This document shows positions 62,721 through 64,000 of a DNA stretch of 64,000 bases, piece after piece. The notes beneath the pieces are model-generated. The model was not told the DNA's origin. It saw only the letters and a list, made by a program, of their open reading frames with translations, and did not search any database. This stretch comes from an uncultured Gemmatimonadales bacterium (GTDB lineage Bacteria; Gemmatimonadota; Gemmatimonadetes; Gemmatimonadales; Gemmatimonadaceae). Numbering within the stretch: position 1 is the stretch's first letter; every line of letters begins with the position of its first letter. The DNA is taken from positions 1 to 64,000 of the forward strand of contig CAWBZV010000009.1 in assembly GCA_963793305.1 (NCBI GenBank), given 5' to 3'. The translations under genes and the position numbers were made by a program.

Positions 62721-63761
62721 ATGCAAGTCCTCGAGCAGACCCCGACGCTGGTCGTCTGTCACCAGAGCGCGAGCTATATGCGTGGGTTCGGGCTCCTCTT
62801 CGCGGGACTTGGCGCCGGAGCGCTCGTGCTCGTGACGCATGCCGACGCCTGGCACACGAGCGGATCGCCTTGGGTCGCCTACGTCGTCGGCATCGGGTTC
62901 GTGATCGCGGGTCTCCTGTTATTCTGCAAGGCCGAGGATGACCGGATCGTGCTCGATGGCGCGGCGCATGTCGCGCGGATCATACGCCGAGGGATGTGGC
63001 GGCAGTCGACGACCGAGGTACCGTTCGCCAAGATCCAGGATGTCGCGCTGGAAGTCACGGCGATGCGCAACTCGGGGAACGAGAGCGGGAACCGCCTGAC
63101 CTGGCGTCCCGTCTTCGTGTGCGAGAACAATAGCCGCGTGCCGTGGACTCCGATGTCGACGAGCGACCGGATCTCGCAAGCGCGCGCGGTCGCCGCGGCG
63201 CGGGCCATAGGCGGGTGGAATGCGCTGCCGGTGGAGGGCTCCCCCGCGTTGGCGCGCGCCGTGACGGCGGTCACGAACATCGGGTGTCTCTACGCGTTCT
63301 GCGCCGTGTTCTTCGGGTTTCTGCTCCTGCTGATGGGGGTTCAGGTCGCGCCGCTGGCCACCTGGGTGCCGACGTCGGCGACCGTGGTGGCGTCTGGTGT
63401 CGGCACCGTGCAGAGGAGCAACGGCGGCGCGTCGTACCAGCCGACGGTGTCGTATCGGTACACGGTGGGCGGCACGCCGTACATCTCGAACCGCGTCTCG
63501 GTGATCACGGAGTCAGCGAGCAGAAAGTGGGCGCAGTCCGTCGTCGACCGCTATCCGCAGGGCGCCTCGGTCACGGCATGGTATGATCCGAAGCATCCGG
63601 GGAGCGCGATTATCGACCACCACGTGGCGAGGATTCCCCTCATCATGATGGGCATCGGGCTCGCGGTCGTGCTGCTGATGGTCATGGCGATCAAGCGCGC
63701 CCAGGCCCAAAGCCAAGCCGCGCTCGCGGGTGGCGACGTCCCGGTGGTCCCCGCGCGCTAG
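62721..63761 (+). CDS. Membrane protein with DUF3592-like domain
   Basis: WVPTSATVV, YQPTVSYRYTVGG, VTAWYDPKHPGSAII. Confidence 0.78.
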   Translation: MQVLEQTPTLVVCHQSASYMRGFGLLFAGLGAGALVLVTHADAWHTSGSPWVAYVVGIGFVIAGLLLFCKAEDDRIVLDGAAHVARIIRRGMWRQSTTEVPFAKIQDVALEVTAMRNSGNESGNRLTWRPVFVCENNSRVPWTPMSTSDRISQARAVAAARAIGGWNALPVEGSPALARAVTAVTNIGCLYAFCAVFFGFLLLLMGVQVAPLATWVPTSATVVASGVGTVQRSNGGASYQPTVSYRYTVGGTPYISNRVSVITESASRKWAQSVVDRYPQGASVTAWYDPKHPGSAIIDHHVARIPLIMMGIGLAVVLLMVMAIKRAQAQSQAALAGGDVPVVPAR

Positions 63762-63813
63762 GACCGCTTGCGAGCGTCCTTGCGAGGCCGGTTGCTAGCC
63801 GTATGTTCCCTGT

Positions 63814-64000
63814 ATGACCCGCACCGGCGCCAACCTGCTGGTGGTCGATGACGAGCCGGCGATCGCCCGGTCGCTGTCGTTGCTGTTTACGCGCCGCGGG
63901 CACCGGGTGATTGTGGCCCCGGGAGGTAACGCTGCCCTCGAAGTGATGTCGCAGACGCACGTCGACTGCGTCGTGCTGGACTACCGGTTGCCGGATATTC
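63814..64000 (+). CDS. Response regulator receiver protein, partial
   Basis: Own translation MTRTGANLLVVDDEPAIAR...DCVVLDYRLPDI, open to window end. Confidence 0.88.
   Translation, partial: MTRTGANLLVVDDEPAIARSLSLLFTRRGHRVIVAPGGNAALEVMSQTHVDCVVLDYRLPDI

Overview
High-GC, densely packed bacterial chromosome segment with about 55 genes. The gene content (SusC/SusD-like pair, PadR plus ADOP-type permease, carboxypeptidase-regulatory/TonB-plug protein, many secreted peptidases) suggests Gemmatimonadota; this is an inference. I saw no rRNA, tRNA, CRISPR array or transposase. Eight genes are split by apparent single-base insertions that look like sequencing errors. Main points: (1) 52.7-56.7 kb: a TPR protein, a convergent 57-aa lipoprotein-signal peptide ending in CGGVAATSGGC, and a divergent receiver-like/AraC regulator, together a candidate undescribed peptide-signalling system; (2) 36.2-39.65 kb: a Spy/CpxP-like lipoprotein, histidine kinase and sigma54 activator upstream of a 24-aa PqqA-like peptide missed by the ORF track, with tandem enhancer palindromes, a -24/-12 promoter, its own terminator and no pqqB-E in the window; (3) 13.4-29 kb: a GntR(UTRA) regulon, defined by four matching operators, linking SusC/D to an amino-acid ABC transporter, MetC-like lyase, TTC38-like protein, AstE/AspA-family deacylase and aminotransferase; (4) 40-44 kb: BlaI and an M56 peptidase with a HEAT-repeat sensor, plus a secreted HEAT paralog sharing a WP-rich C-terminal tail.
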